Part shown: piece after piece, positions 12,995-25,912 of the stretch
How positions within the stretch are numbered: position 1 is the stretch's first letter
How the letters are laid out: each line of letters starts with the position of its first letter
Source of the DNA: Eledone cirrhosa
Taxonomy: Eukaryota
Length of the DNA: 64,000 bases
Reading direction: 5' to 3'
Assembly: GCA_964016885.1 (NCBI GenBank)
Contig: OZ024756.1
Span: 24,366,001 to 24,430,000, forward strand
The notes under the pieces: generated by a model
Database searches by the model: none
What the model was told of the DNA's origin: nothing
What the model saw: the letters and a program-made list of their open reading frames with translations, nothing else
Position numbers and translations under genes: made by a program

Positions 12995-13102
12995 ACAATT
13001 GAAATCATGGATGAGCCAAGATTCAAAGGCACTGAAGAGAATAGATGTAGAAACACCCCCAAGAACACAGCCACAAGCCAAGACATAAAAATTAGCAAAA
13101 TG
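12995..13102 (-). CDS. MFSD5: MFSD5-like exon 4
   Basis: ttccag|HFANFYVLACGCVLGGVSTSILFSAFESWLIHDFNC|gtaagt; matches the LGGxSTxLLFSAFExW motif. Confidence 0.92.
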
Positions 13103-14257
13103 CTGGAAATATAATAATATATGTGAGAAAAATCAACAAGGAAAAACAACACAATACAGTACAATGAAGATATATATATCATCATTTCATCATCATCATT
13201 TCATTTTACGTCCACTTTTGCCCTGCTTGCAAGGGTGGGACGGGAACTGATGCTGGCTTGATTTCTACAGCTGGATGCCCTTCCTAACACCAACCTCATT
13301 TACAGTGAGTGCTGGGTGCTTTTTTGCTGTGGCATCTCCACAACCACTTTGCAGTGGAATGATAGGGACCCCAGTCCCTATCATCTCATTTCTACAGCTG
13401 AGTAAACTGGAGCAATGTGAAATAAAGTGTCTTGCTCAAGGAAACAACACATCACCCGGTCTGAGAATTGAACTCACAACCTTTCGATTGCAAAGCCAAT
13501 GCTCTAACCACTAAGCCATGTGCCTCCTAATATATATATTAGTATAACAGTGAAAGAGTGAAGAATAACCTGTTTCGGCTGTACAAAAGGGCTTTATTTA
13601 CAGTATTAACAATTGTTTCATTGATCAGTATTACATTTTGATATAGAAGATATATATATTAGTGTTGTATAGTTTGCTTGAAGCATTGTTGAATAGGAAA
13701 TACAAATTTAAATAATTTTGAAAACCATACAATGCATTAGAAAATTAAAATTGCCAAGATAACAATAGAATCTTACCTTAGCAAATTTAATAATTGTTTC
13801 TACGTTTGGCACAAGGCCAGAAATTACCCAGTGCATTACTGGTACTTTATTTTATCAACCCTGTAAGGATGAATAGCAAAGTTAACCTCGGCGGATTTGA
13901 ACTCAGAATGGCAAGGGCCGTAACTCTATGCATCAAAGCATGGCGTCCGACCCTCTACCGATACTGCCAATCCACCGCCCTTAGAAAATTTAATAATACC
14001 AAATATTTTCCAAATTTTAATGTCTTTTCATTACATTTAACTTAAATCTGTCTTCCTAACAAATCATCTCCAATCAATCCTTTAAGACCCTCACAGGAAT
14101 ATACCCTTGATAATGGGTTTTTAAACCCGAAAATATTTGGGATTATTAAATTTGCTAAGGTAAGATTGTAGTGTTATCTTGACAATTTTAATTTTCTAAT
14201 GCATTGTATGGTTTTCAAAATTATTTAAATTTGTATATATATATATATTAGTATAAA

Positions 14258-14306
<49 letters not shown>

Positions 14307-14448
14307 CATTCAGGAGACTCAAGTCACACTTATTAGATATGTTTATTCATTTACAATTGTTTTGTATGCCAAAATACATACATATATATTATATACATAT
14401 ATACATATATGCATATATATATATATACATACATACATATATATACAA

Positions 14449-14480
<32 letters not shown>

Positions 14481-15396
14481 ATACATACATACATATATAT
14501 GTATATACATACATACATATATATATACATATATACATACATGAGGTTGGTGTTAGGAAGGGCTGTAAAAATCAAGCCAGAATCAGTTCCCGTCCCACCC
14601 TTGCAAGCAGGAAAAAGTGGACGTAAAATGAAATGAAATGAAATGATACATACATACATACATATATATACATACATCATCATCATCATCATCATCGTTT
14701 AACGTCCATCTTCCACGCTTGCATGGGTTTGGATACATATATACATATATGGTGGCTGCCAACTCGTTTTTGAGTACGGCCACTACTTTATATCCATGTA
14801 GGAGAGCCCCTACCGATGCGCTGAACGAGTGTGACTTTTTAGTCTAGCCAGCGACTTGAAAACTCTGGTACAAACACTACACGTGTGACAATTATTGACA
14901 CATAGTGCTGGGCCCATGCTAGCATGTGAAGACAAGTGCAGAGAGATCTCCAGATTTAAAGCAATGCCTGTGCCGTGAAGCTTTTATAGTGAGCAAAGGC
15001 ACTGCACAAAGCCAGTCCCACTCTCTTAACCAAGATGATATTTACCAAAAAGAAGAACAAGTCAACATCATTGGATACCATCAGGGTTGCAGGTGTTATA
15101 TCAGAGTTTTCCTTCTCCTAGAATTCTGCCTTGACAAAGGTTAAGGGGTCATCTCTCCCGGTGATTTTTGATGGCCATTGACTCTTAAGAGCTCCTTTGC
15201 CCTTTGACAGGTTTTGTTTTTAGTCCTGCAGGATGTCCAAAGTCACCCTCCTCACCAAGAAACCTTGGTGGGGTTGCCAGTTTAGTCGCCATTGACCCGA
15301 CCATGAGACAGGTTGTACTGGGATACATGTTACCAGTAGCACCAACTGGTGACCTGACATGTATATATGTATGTATATACATATATACATACATAT

Positions 15397-15439
<43 letters not shown>

Positions 15440-15466
15440 GACCATGCCACCTGCCACCATACTTAC

Positions 15467-15527
15467 TTTAGTTATACAACAGATGATGTAGAAAACTCCG
15501 TACAGAATACAATTCAATCTACGGCCA
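15467..15527 (-). CDS. MFSD5: MFSD5-like exon 3
   Basis: ttccag|(I)GRRLNCILYGVFYIICCITK|gtaagt; phase-compatible and completes MFS motif A (ADKIGRR). Confidence 0.9.
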
Positions 15528-15802
15528 CTGGAAAAGTAAAAATAAACATAAAAAATAAATAAAACACGCATATATATGTGTATGTGTGTTTATATGTATG
15601 TGTATGTGTATGTGACATACAGCTTGACATCAATGTTGTTGTTATATATATATAGATATATATAAATATATACATTATATATGATGTCCAAGGCAAAGGT
15701 TGATACAGCTTGGCACCAGTGTTGTTGCAATTTATATATATAGATCTCATAACTCCTTGTGGAGTTGTAAAGACACCATCATACAGCGTGTTTAGACTAC
15801 AT

Positions 15803-16030
15803 TTAACCCTTTAGCATTTAAACCACTGATATCCGGTCAGAATTCTCTCACCTCTTTCTGTTCAAACTGGCCATAATTGGCTACTCATAATGATGCTGAG
15901 TTATTGTTCTCAAAATAAATAATATCAAAATCTCATAGATTCGATATTACGTGAGATAATTATGTGAAGTAAAGCCTTTACCATGAAAATATAATAGTAT
16001 ATATAGAGTAATGTAAATGCTAAAAGGTTA
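15803..16030. mobile_element. piggyBac-like MITE; copies at 12005-12220 and 35409-35840 (the latter interrupted by a SINE with a 15-bp TSD)
   Basis: Termini TTAA-CCCTTTAGCATTTA ... TAAATGCTAAA(A/G)GGTTA. Confidence 0.55.
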
Positions 16031-16208
16031 CCCAGGCAGAGCCCAACCCTCTCCAGGTCTGAACACAGCCAATTTTTCTATAGAGGAAGAATTAACCTCA
16101 GTACTGGACTGGTATTTTTTTATCGACCTCGAAAGGATGAAAGATAAAGTTGACCATGGTAGGATTTGAACTCAGAGCACGCAAAGAGGTGGGATGAATA
16201 CCATAAAG

Positions 16209-17425
16209 CAGGGGTGTGCAACATATTCCATTGGTGGGCTACTTTTGAACATTGGAACAACTATTAGGGCGATTAATATTTATTAAGCATTATTCCAAAG
16301 ATTCGCCACAACTTCTTTCCATAACATGGAACTGGGAAATTATAACACACATAACCTTATCTGTGAATCCCTTTAGTATAGGTCAACTGTGAAATTATAA
16401 CACACATAACCCTATCTGTGAATCCCTTTAGTATAGGTCAACTGGGAAATTATCACACACATAACCCTATCTGTGAATCCCTTTAGTATAGGTCAACTGG
16501 GAAATTATAACACACATAACCCTATCTGTGAATCCCTTTAGTATAGGTCAACTGGGAAATTATAACACACATAACCCTATCTGTGAATCCCTTTAGTATA
16601 GGTTAACTGGGAAATTATCACACACATAACCCTATCTGTGAATCCCTTTAGTATAGGTCAACTGGGAAATTATAACACACATAACCCTATCTGTGAATCC
16701 CTTTAGTATAGGTCAACTGGGAAATTATAACACACATAACCCTATCTGTGAATCCCTTTAGTATAGGTTAACTGGGAAATTATAACACACATAACCCTAT
16801 CTGTGAATCCCTTTAGTATAGGTCAACTGGGAAATTATAACACACATAACCCTATCTGTGAATCCCTTTAGTATAGGTCAACTGGGAAATTATAACACAC
16901 ATAACCCTATCTGTGAATCCCTTTAGTATAGGTTAACTGGGAAATTATAACACACATAACCCTATCTGTGAATCCCTTTAGTATAGGTCAACTGGGAAAT
17001 TATAACACACATAACCCTATCTGTGAATCCCTTTAGTATAGGTCAACTGGGAAATTATAACACACATAACCCTATCTGTGAATCCCTTTAGTATAGGTCA
17101 ACTGGGAAATTATAACACACATAACCCTATCTGTGAATCCCTTTAGTATAGGTCAACTGGGAAATTATAACACACATAACCCTATCTGTGAAGCCCTTTA
17201 GTATAGGTCAACTGGGAAATTATAACACACACAACCCTATCTGTGAATCCTTTTACTAGCAGAAACTAGCAGAAAATTGTAGTACGGTTACGAAAAAAAT
17301 TCTAAATAAACCTACAAGGTAAAAATTAAAAACGGTTATCTCAAGCCACTCTGACTGGTCTGGCGGGCCGGATTGTGGCCCGTGGGTCAGATTGTGGCCC
17401 GCGGGCCACCAGTTGTACGTCCTTG
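16209..17425. mobile_element. hAT-type non-autonomous element carrying a 55-bp minisatellite, inserted in a SINE
   Basis: TIRs CAGGGGTGTGCAAC / CAAGGACGTACAAC; 8-bp TSD CCATAAAG / CCGTAAAG; GCGGGCC subterminal motifs. Confidence 0.75.
16331..17253. repeat. 55-bp minisatellite, about 17 near-identical copies
   Basis: Unit ACTGGGAAATTATAACACACATAACCCTATCTGTGAATCCCTTTAGTATAGGTCA. Confidence 0.95.
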
Positions 17426-17679
17426 CCGTAAAGCATTCTATCCGACATCTTAGTAACTCTGCCAATTCGCCACTTTAATTTATATATACATTATATATAT
17501 AATTTATATATACATTATATATAATGGACAGATTATATTTGGTTGTACTAGAAAAAAGATATTACCTACTAAAGAGAAGCTGAGTCTTTGGATTTGCTAA
17601 TTTTACTTTGTTTATTTTAACTATGGTAATTAGTAGTGACAAATAGAAGTGAGAAATGAATCCTCAACATCACCATTGG

Positions 17680-18035
17680 CGAGAGACTCTTGCAGTGGCC
17701 CAACGTAAAATGGAGCGAATCATGCTCAGCATCACCTTACATGACAGGAAGAGCAACACTTGGATTTAACAGCAGACTGGAGTGAAGGACATAATCGAGA
17801 CCATCAAAAAAGGGCAAACATAGATGGGATGGTCATGTCTCTTGTCTCAGAGGCAACGGGTAAACTTTTAGAGCAACAGAGTGGATACCAAGGCAATGGA
17901 GAAGAACCAGAGAGCAGCCAAAGGCAAGGCAGCACAATGATCTGATCTGATATATCGGCTCCACATGGCCCAATATGGCTAAAGATAGGAAGCAGTGGAG
18001 GTCAACCAAGGAGAGGTTCTTCCAACAGGAGTGAG
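17680..18035 (+). mobile_element. RTE-clade LINE 3' fragment, degraded
   Basis: Translates to LAVAQRKMERIML..DRKSNTWI..WxGHV..EWIPR..AKDRKQWR, with stops. Confidence 0.75.
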
Positions 18036-18171
18036 AAGGCTCTAGATTTAGGATTTGGGAATTAGTGGATTTTTTCTCTATGATTCAAAACAGCTGTATA
18101 GGTCTAATTTAGGTATAATTAGTAAAGTAAGTAATAATTTGATATACTGATTACTTTACTATCTTTTCATA

Positions 18172-18618
18172 CTATCATTTCGGAAGAAGGATCAGGATGG
18201 AGAGAGAGGTGCTCCACCCCAGTCGTTTTTATGAAAGGTGGGTGAAAGTGGCGAGAATGGCCCGTGTGAATGGGCCTTCTCTTTACATAAGCCTGTAGGT
18301 GGAAAAGAGGAAGGAACGAGGGAGCACCCCCCTCTCTGTGCTCCTGAGGAAAAGGGTTGCACACTTTTTTCGGGGGTGTGTGCGACCCCCCAAGGCGCCT
18401 CCTCTCTATTGAGGATTTTGTTATAAATTTTATTTTTTGTTATATTTTATAACAAAATCCTCTATTGAGGATTTTGTTATAATTCTATTTTTTGTTATAT
18501 TTTATTTTATTTTTATATATTGTTATTGCCTCCTCCCTATTGAGGACGCCTTGTTTTGTAAACTCCCCCCATTGTACTTGTCCCACTTTTGATGCCCTGG
18601 TGGCAAATAAAAGAAACA
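18172..18618 (+). mobile_element. 3' fragment of the same Tx1-like LINE family, with 12-bp TSD
   Basis: High identity to 48675-49037; TATCTTTTCATA at 18160-18171 and 18619-18630. Confidence 0.85.
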
Positions 18619-19035
18619 TATCTTTTCATATGTATTACAATATATAATTAATGTTGTTTGTGTGATACTGTTGCCTAAATGTGCCCTGGTATAGGGTTTT
18701 TTGCATCATTGAGTTTTTTTACAGGACAAAATTGAGATGTTTGATTTTCAATTTACTTTTGCTTGATTTTATATATGTGTATATATACATATATATATAT
18801 ACATATATATATATACATATATATATATACATATATATATATACATATATATATATACATATATATATATACATACACATTATATATGCTTTTGGCCAAG
18901 GGAAAAGCAAGGGCTGATACAGTTTGGAACCAATGTCATCACAAGCATATTCAGAACACAATGGACCAAATGTAATACGGCAAGGTATCTCGTTCGACAG
19001 TCTAACACACACACATATATATATATATACTTTTT

Positions 19036-19067
<32 letters not shown>

Positions 19068-19091
19068 CATTATTTGGTGGAATGGCATGGC

Positions 19092-19470
19092 CAGTGGATT
19101 GGCAGTATCGGTAGAGAGTCGGACGCCATGCTTTGACGCATAGAGTTACGGCCCTTGCCATTCTGAGTTCAAATCCCGCCGAGGTTAACTTTGCCTTTCA
19201 TCCTTATGGGGTCGATAAAATAAAGTACCAGTAATACACTGGGTAATTGCTGGCCTTGTGCCAAAAGTAGAAACAATTATTTGGTGGAATGGCAGTATCA
19301 GTAGAGGGTCGGACGCCATGCTTTGAAGCATAGAGTTACCTCCCTGTATGATCTGAGTTCAAATCCCGCCGAGGTTAACTTTGCCTGTCATCCTTACGGG
19401 GTCGATAAAATAAAGTACCAGTAATGCACTGGGTAATTGCTGGCCTTGTGCCAAAAGTAGAAACAATTAT
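19092..19470 (+). mobile_element. tRNA-derived SINE family 1 (tandem pair here); other copies at about 13790, 21450, 34610, 34950, 35533, 37865, 38085, 44350, 50045, 53520, 53870, 63052 and 63255
   Basis: A-box TGGCAGTATCGG, B-box GAGTTCAAATCC, core CTTTGCCTTTCATCCTTACGGGGTCGATAAAATAAAGTACCAG (Nin/Deu-like from memory), tail GGCCTTGTGCCAAAAGTAGAAACAATT. Confidence 0.85.
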
Positions 19471-19636
19471 TTGATATCGAAATGGCTTCTACAGTACTAG
19501 AACTGTTTCATTCATATGAAATCATACAAACATAGTACCTGTCAAAAAACAATGGAGTCCACAGTAAAAGATGTTTCATTTAATAATTCTATGATTGAAA
19601 CAACAACAACAACAATGGTGAAGTGTAGATACTCAC

Positions 19637-19781
19637 ATCTTATCTGCAAAAGATCCGATAGTGGTCCCAATTAGCAGACCAGAACTGAACCCCACCACAA
19701 ACAGTAGTTCAATTTGGTGTTTTGTAAGATTGTAGGACTCATAGAGAGCATAGAGATGTGGTCCTTGGAGCCAGTCACCAG
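19637..19781 (-). CDS. MFSD5: MFSD5-like exon 2
   Basis: ttttacag|..AGDWLQGPHLYALYESYNLTKHQIELLFVVGFSSGLLIGTTIGSFADK|gtgagt; DWLQGPxLY is the MFSD5 family signature. Confidence 0.92.
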
Positions 19782-19831
19782 CTGTAAAACAACAGTGAGA
19801 GGTGTTTTGTGATAGTGTTAATCTCATAGAG

Positions 19832-20293
19832 CAAGGCATGTCAAACATGCAGCTCACAGGCCACATGCGGCCCTTTACAAGCACATCTGTGGCCCGCATA
19901 AAGGTTTTTTACAGAGCGAGCGTGATATAAACTAAAACATGTTATAGGGACAATTAAATCTCTTCCAAGGTAACTCTATCTCGTGTTATTATTTTTACGC
20001 ACTTTCCTACGTTCCTCTACACACTATACGTCTCATTCTACATTTCCTCTTACATCTCTCTCTTCACCACCGGATTCTGTTACCCGGAGATTTACCCATC
20101 TGCATTGTTGAGGCTTCCAAAACGACCAAATTTTTTAAAACATGTTAGTTACAATGTGCGCAATTAGTTGTTATGTGTGGCCCTCAGACAACACATATGT
20201 GACCCATATGGCTCTCAGACAACACATGTGTGACACATGTGGCCTTCAGACAACACATATGTGACCCATGTGACCCTCAGTTTGACATGCCTG
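19832..20293. mobile_element. hAT-type MITE
   Basis: TIR CA(A)GGCATGTCAAAC; perfect 8-bp TSD TCATAGAG (19824-19831 / 20294-20301). Confidence 0.85.
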
Positions 20294-20559
20294 TCATAGA
20301 GGATATATAGATGTGTTCCTTGGAGCCAGTCTCCAGCTGTAAAACAACAGAGAGAGGTGTTTTATCATAGTGTTATTCTCGTAGAGGGTATATAGATGTG
20401 GTCCTTGGAGTCAGACTCCAGCTACAATACAGATTCCATCATCATCATCATTTTACATTCATCTTCCATGTTGGCATGGGTCGAATGGGCTGTTGCAATC
20501 CAAGATTAAATGAGTCAAAGAGCCACATTTTGGCCTGGTTTCTAATGTCAAACACTTTA

Positions 20560-21035
20560 CAGAGATGCATTCACTAGATGCATTTTATCATGGTACCAAA
20601 ACTACCTCTTTACAAAATGTACTGGATATATTTTATCATGACACTAACACTATCTTATAGAGTTCACAGTGTATTTTATCATGGCACCAGCGCTACCACT
20701 TTACAGAGTGTACCGGGTGCAATTTATAAGGGCACCAGCACTACCACTTTACAGAATGAACAGGTTATATTTATCATGACACCAGTACTACCACTTTACA
20801 GAGTGTACAGAGTGTATTTTAATGTGGCACCAGAACTATCATTTAACAGAATGTACTAGAGACATTTTATCATGGTACCAACACAACCACCTTACAGACT
20901 GTACTGGGTGTATTTTAACATGGCACCAACAGTCACTTTACAGAGTGTACTGGGTGTATTTTATCATGGTACCAGTACTGCTACTTTACAGAGTGCACTG
21001 GATGCATTTTATCATGGCACCAACACAACCACTCG
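20560..21035. repeat. Degenerate ~45-48-bp tandem repeat, about 10 copies
   Basis: Recurring TTTTATCATGGCACCA..ACCACTTTACAGAGTGTACTGG. Confidence 0.75.
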
Positions 21036-21179
21036 GCAGAGTTAATCAATCACACACACCCACCCCCCCACCCCAATCTGACTCTCTCTCTCTCTCTGTC
21101 ACACACACAGATGTCAATTAATAAAGAAATAATCGATGACGCATGTTCCCGCCATCGTTAACAAAAGTTCAATATTTAC

Positions 21180-21330
21180 CAGTTGCAAGAAGGTAACCAC
21201 GCAGGTAAGATCGTTGAAGCGTTTGGAAATCATGCTGGTCGCTGCTTAACTTGTGACTGTTGTATGTGCAGAGATGCAGTGAGATGCATATGCCTAAAAA
21301 CAGCCAAAATACTGCAAGAAATATCGACAT
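21180..21330 (-). CDS. MFSD5: MFSD5-like molybdate-anion transporter, coding exon 1
   Basis: ATG at 21330; MSIFLAVFWLFLGICISLHLCTYNSHKLSSDQHDFQTLQRSYLRGYLLAT; donor G|GTAAAT, phase 1. Confidence 0.85.
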
Positions 21331-21754
21331 TTTTTCTTCACTCCTTCGTATTCTTTCTCTCTCTCTCTCGTCCCCTTTCCCTTATCTTCTTCAGTTTGAT
21401 GGGGTTGGGGATTACACCGAACTTAACAGAAGACCATTGCTACTAATTTTATCGGTAGAGGGTCGGACGCCATGCTTTCCAGCATAGTTACGTCCCTTTA
21501 CGATCTGAGTTCAAATCCCGCCGAGGTTGACTTTGCCTTTCATCCTTACGGGGTCGATAAAATAAAGTACCAGTAATGCACTGGGTAATTGCTGGCCTTG
21601 TGCCAAAAGTAGAAACAATTATTATTTCGTGTGGAATTGGTGTTCGTCAAACCAACTACTAACCAACACTGGGTAATTGCTGGCCTTGTGCCAAAAGTAG
21701 AAACAATTATTTATTATACTAATAGAAAGAGGGTTAATTTTGATCAGACCAACA

Positions 21755-21786
<32 letters not shown>

Positions 21787-22937
21787 GGGAGTGTGTGTGT
21801 GTGTTATGTTTTCGTGTCTGTGTTTACATTTAGCGTTAGTTTGTGTTTATGTCTCGTAACTGAGCGGTTTGAGAAAAAACAGAGAGATCGATCAAATAAG
21901 TAGTAGACTTGAAACAAATAGACACTGGGAATTATATGATCGATTAAATCGCGGCTGTGCCCTAGCATGGCTGCAGTCTGCTAACTGAAACCAGTCAATT
22001 ATATATATCGATGTTTCAACGTGGTCACTTAACATGAAGAAAATAATAGCAGCAGTCCAGGAATTGTTGGTTGGGTGGACACATTGTGTAATGTGGTCTT
22101 AGATACGATATGTCAGAAAAGATAAATCGCCTTTTTAATTACAAATCTGCTAGATCGAGGCTGAGCTGGAAAGTCGCTCAACGAAAGAGACTCGACAGTC
22201 ACTAGATTTGCTAGAAACACCAGTCAAAGTCTTTTAAATCATTCTCTAACACCTTTAGAAATAGAAATAAAGCCAACAAAAACACCGAGTGTTCGCCTTT
22301 TGTCAAAGATCTAGAGTAGATAGACTGACATGCTTTGGGGGTTAAGTAGCTAGAATATAAAGAACAACAACAATAGCAACATAGTTATAGAGACACGCCC
22401 TAACGTCTCGTAAACTACTTAGAAAAGGTTTGATAATAATTTGTTTTTTTGTTTTTTTTTAATTAGCGAGCAGTTTTTGTTTTGTTTTAATGAGGTCATA
22501 ATTTTATGTAAGAACCTTTCTTACGTTATGTTCCAAACACCAGTTTAATAACAAGAAAGTTAGTTATATTACTGTAAACTCTTGATTATTTTCACACACA
22601 AAATCATCTGAAAATTACAAGCAATGTTTTTCATTAGAAGTGTGCTAAGGATTAATTAAAGACGGGTAAAACGCAGTAATTAGTTCATATAGATTTTCAT
22701 CCCACGAAAAAACTTACGTTACCAACGATTGCAATTTCCAAACCATATTAGATTTTCAAACCCCGCCAAGGGTCAATAAAATAAAAGAAATACGTCACAT
22801 ACAAGGGTCGATATAATTGTTTTTCCCCTCCCCACGTATTGCTGGTCCTGTGCATCTATCTGTATATGAAGTTAAGAAATACTACTACAAATTGATAGTT
22901 TGTTTTTTTGTTTTTATTTTTCTCTCGCGCTTTTATG

Positions 22938-23000
<63 letters not shown>

Positions 23001-24279
23001 GATTATTGTGTATTATATGTATAAGGTTCCTGGCAATAATTGATTAATTACATTATGTACTTCTATTTAGTCTTATATATTTTCTTATATGATAATCGCT
23101 TCACACATCGAAATGTTTACTAGCTACTACTAATATTTGAAAAATCTTTGATGATCTTTTAGTTGTTTGTTTGTTTAGTTGGGTGTTTTTTTATTTTCGC
23201 TTTTGCTTGTTATTGTTTTGTTATTTCCCCCGCCGTGTGTATAAACCCGTTTGTATAAACCTGAAAAAATCTACCAAGGACAGCTGCTAAGTCGTAAATC
23301 CTGTGACATTTTTTTGTTTATAGCATGGACAGCTGGCTAGCTGACCGACTGACAGATAAATGTAGTGGAAGTTACAATTACTTCTAGTTTTGCTATCAAA
23401 CCCACCATTTCGGAAGTTGGGTTTTTTTTTTGGGGGGGGGGGGGGTCATACAATATATATCCCTTTCACCTGATATTTCTTCGAAGAAAGGCTGCCAACT
23501 TTTCTTAGCTTTAGTTATGCTGGCAAATGTGTTACCTCCCTTTTGAATGTGGCTACTCATCGAGCACACCTCCAGCCTATATATATATATATATATATAT
23601 CATCATCATCGTTTAACGTCCATCTTCCACGCTTGCATGGCAAGATTTGTTGTCCTGCTCGTATAGGACTGTCTGGCGGGTTTTCTACGGCTGGATGCCC
23701 TTCCTAACACCAACCACGTTTACAGTGTGGACTGGGTTTTTTTTACCGTGTTACCTATACGGCCACATTACAGCGTGGACTGTGTTTTTTTTTTTTGTCG
23801 TGACACCTACACGACCTCATTTGTTTCGGACTGGATGTTGTGATACCAACATAACTTCACATTTAAGGGGGGGGTGGGGTATTTTGTTAGAGGTGCCTAC
23901 TAACTGTAGGTTTCGCTTTGTACTTAGGCAAGGCGGGTCTTCTGTATGACTGTGTAGCGCCAAAGATCTCGGTCAAGTGACATTGTTTTGTGAATTATAT
24001 ATATATAGATATAGAATTATATATATATAGAATTATATATATATATATATATAGATATAGAATTATATATATATCTATATAGATATAGATATATATATAA
24101 TTCGTTTTTGAATTTGTTTTGCGAGATTTCTTATCTGAAATGAAAATTGCGTGTTGAAACATATTGTTATACTTTGGGAGCGTCATGTTGACAATAGAAA
24201 CACACACACACACCTGTTGATATATATACATATATATATCTATATTGTATTTGTGTATATATATATATTCCCCATTTTA

Positions 24280-24523
24280 TCATATATATATATATATATT
24301 GTATGTATATATATATATTGTATATATATATATTGTATATATATATATATATTGTATGTATATATATATATATATATTGTATGTATATATATATATATAT
24401 TGTATGTATATATATATATATATATATATTGTATGTATATATATATATATATATATATTGTATGTATATATATATATTGTATATATATATATATATTGTA
24501 TGTATATATATATATATATATTG

Positions 24524-24554
<31 letters not shown>

Positions 24555-24941
24555 TGTATGTATATATATATATATATATATATATTGTATGTATATATAT
24601 ATATTGTATGTATATATATATATATATATATTGTATGTATATATATATATATATATATTGTATGTATATATATATATATATTGTATGTATGTATATATAT
24701 ATATATATATTGTATGTATATATATATATATATATTGTATGTATGTATATATATATATATTGTATGTATGTATATATATATATATATATATTGTATGTAT
24801 GTATATATATATATATATATATTGTATGTATATATATATATATATATATTGTATGTATATATATATATATTGTATGTATATATATATATATTGTATGTAT
24901 ATATATATATATATATTGTATGTATATATATATATATATTG

Positions 24942-24979
<38 letters not shown>

Positions 24980-25075
24980 ATATATATATATATTGTATAT
25001 ATATATATATATATTGTATATATATATATATATATTGTATGTATATATATATATATATATTGTATATATATATAT
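24280..25075. repeat. Interrupted (TA)n microsatellite with TTGTATG spacers
   Basis: Seen directly; an analogous (TA)nAAAC array lies at 42640-42980. Confidence 0.95.
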
Positions 25076-25278
25076 CATCATCATCATCGTTTAACGTCCA
25101 TCTTCCACGCTTGCATATATATATTGTATATATATATATATATATACAATATATATATGCAAGCGTGGAAGATGGACGTTAAACGATGATGATGATGATT
25201 ATATATATATATACAATATATATATATTGTATGTATACGATATTAAACAAATGGAAACTATATTTATAAAACCATATT

Positions 25279-25344
25279 TATTTCATTATACATATTTCAG
25301 GGATACCATATTAAAAATATGGCATGCCTTCGTCAGATAAAATA
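25279..25344 (-). ncRNA. Hammerhead ribozyme (left arm of palindrome)
   Basis: Exact inverted copy of 25485-25550. Confidence 0.75.
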
Positions 25345-25484
25345 CAATATATAAACAGTTTTATAAATAATTTTGACGTACCATAAATATAAGCGACCAT
25401 TAAGGTAGGAAACCAGCTTCCTACCTTAATGGTCGCTTATATTTATGGTACGTCAAAATTATTTATAAAACTGTTTATATATTG

Positions 25485-25550
25485 TATTTTATCTGACGAA
25501 GGCATGCCATATTTTTAATATGGTATCCCTGAAATATGTATAATGAAATA
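25485..25550 (+). ncRNA. Hammerhead ribozyme, type I
   Basis: tattttat-CUGACGA-aggcatgccata/tatggtatccct-GAAA-tatgta-UA-atgaaata. Confidence 0.75.
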
Positions 25551-25721
25551 AATATGGTTTTATAAATATAGTTTCCATTTGTTTAATATCGTATATCTAC
25601 TCCAAAAACTTGTCGAGTGCTTCATATCGGTTATAAAATATTTACTTGTTGTAACCCAACAATTTTAAATAAAACTTTTGCATATATATTGTATGTATAT
25701 ATATTGTATCTATATATATTG

Positions 25722-25765
<44 letters not shown>

Positions 25766-25851
25766 ATATATAAATATATATTGTATATATATATATATTG
25801 TATATATATATATATATATATAGTTATGTAATAAACAACATAAGGCAATTA

Positions 25852-25912
25852 TTTCATTTACCAGTGGTTTCTTAAAAGCAAAAAAATTTTGCTTTCAATC
25901 ATCAGAACGAAA
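25852..25912 (-). ncRNA. Hammerhead ribozyme, type I
   Basis: tttcgtt-CUGAUGA-ttgaaagcaaaa/ttttgcttttaa-GAAA-ccactg-GUA-aatgaaa; 12-bp stem II, near-palindromic stem III. Confidence 0.8.

Noticed and set aside
14828-14875. Hammerhead-like CTGAACGA...GAAAC
   Set aside because: The core has an insertion and stem I does not pair
24151-25189. 300-aa Tyr/Ile-rich ORFs (also at 7968-8641, 42611-43131 and elsewhere)
   Set aside because: Translations of (TA)n and (CA)n microsatellites
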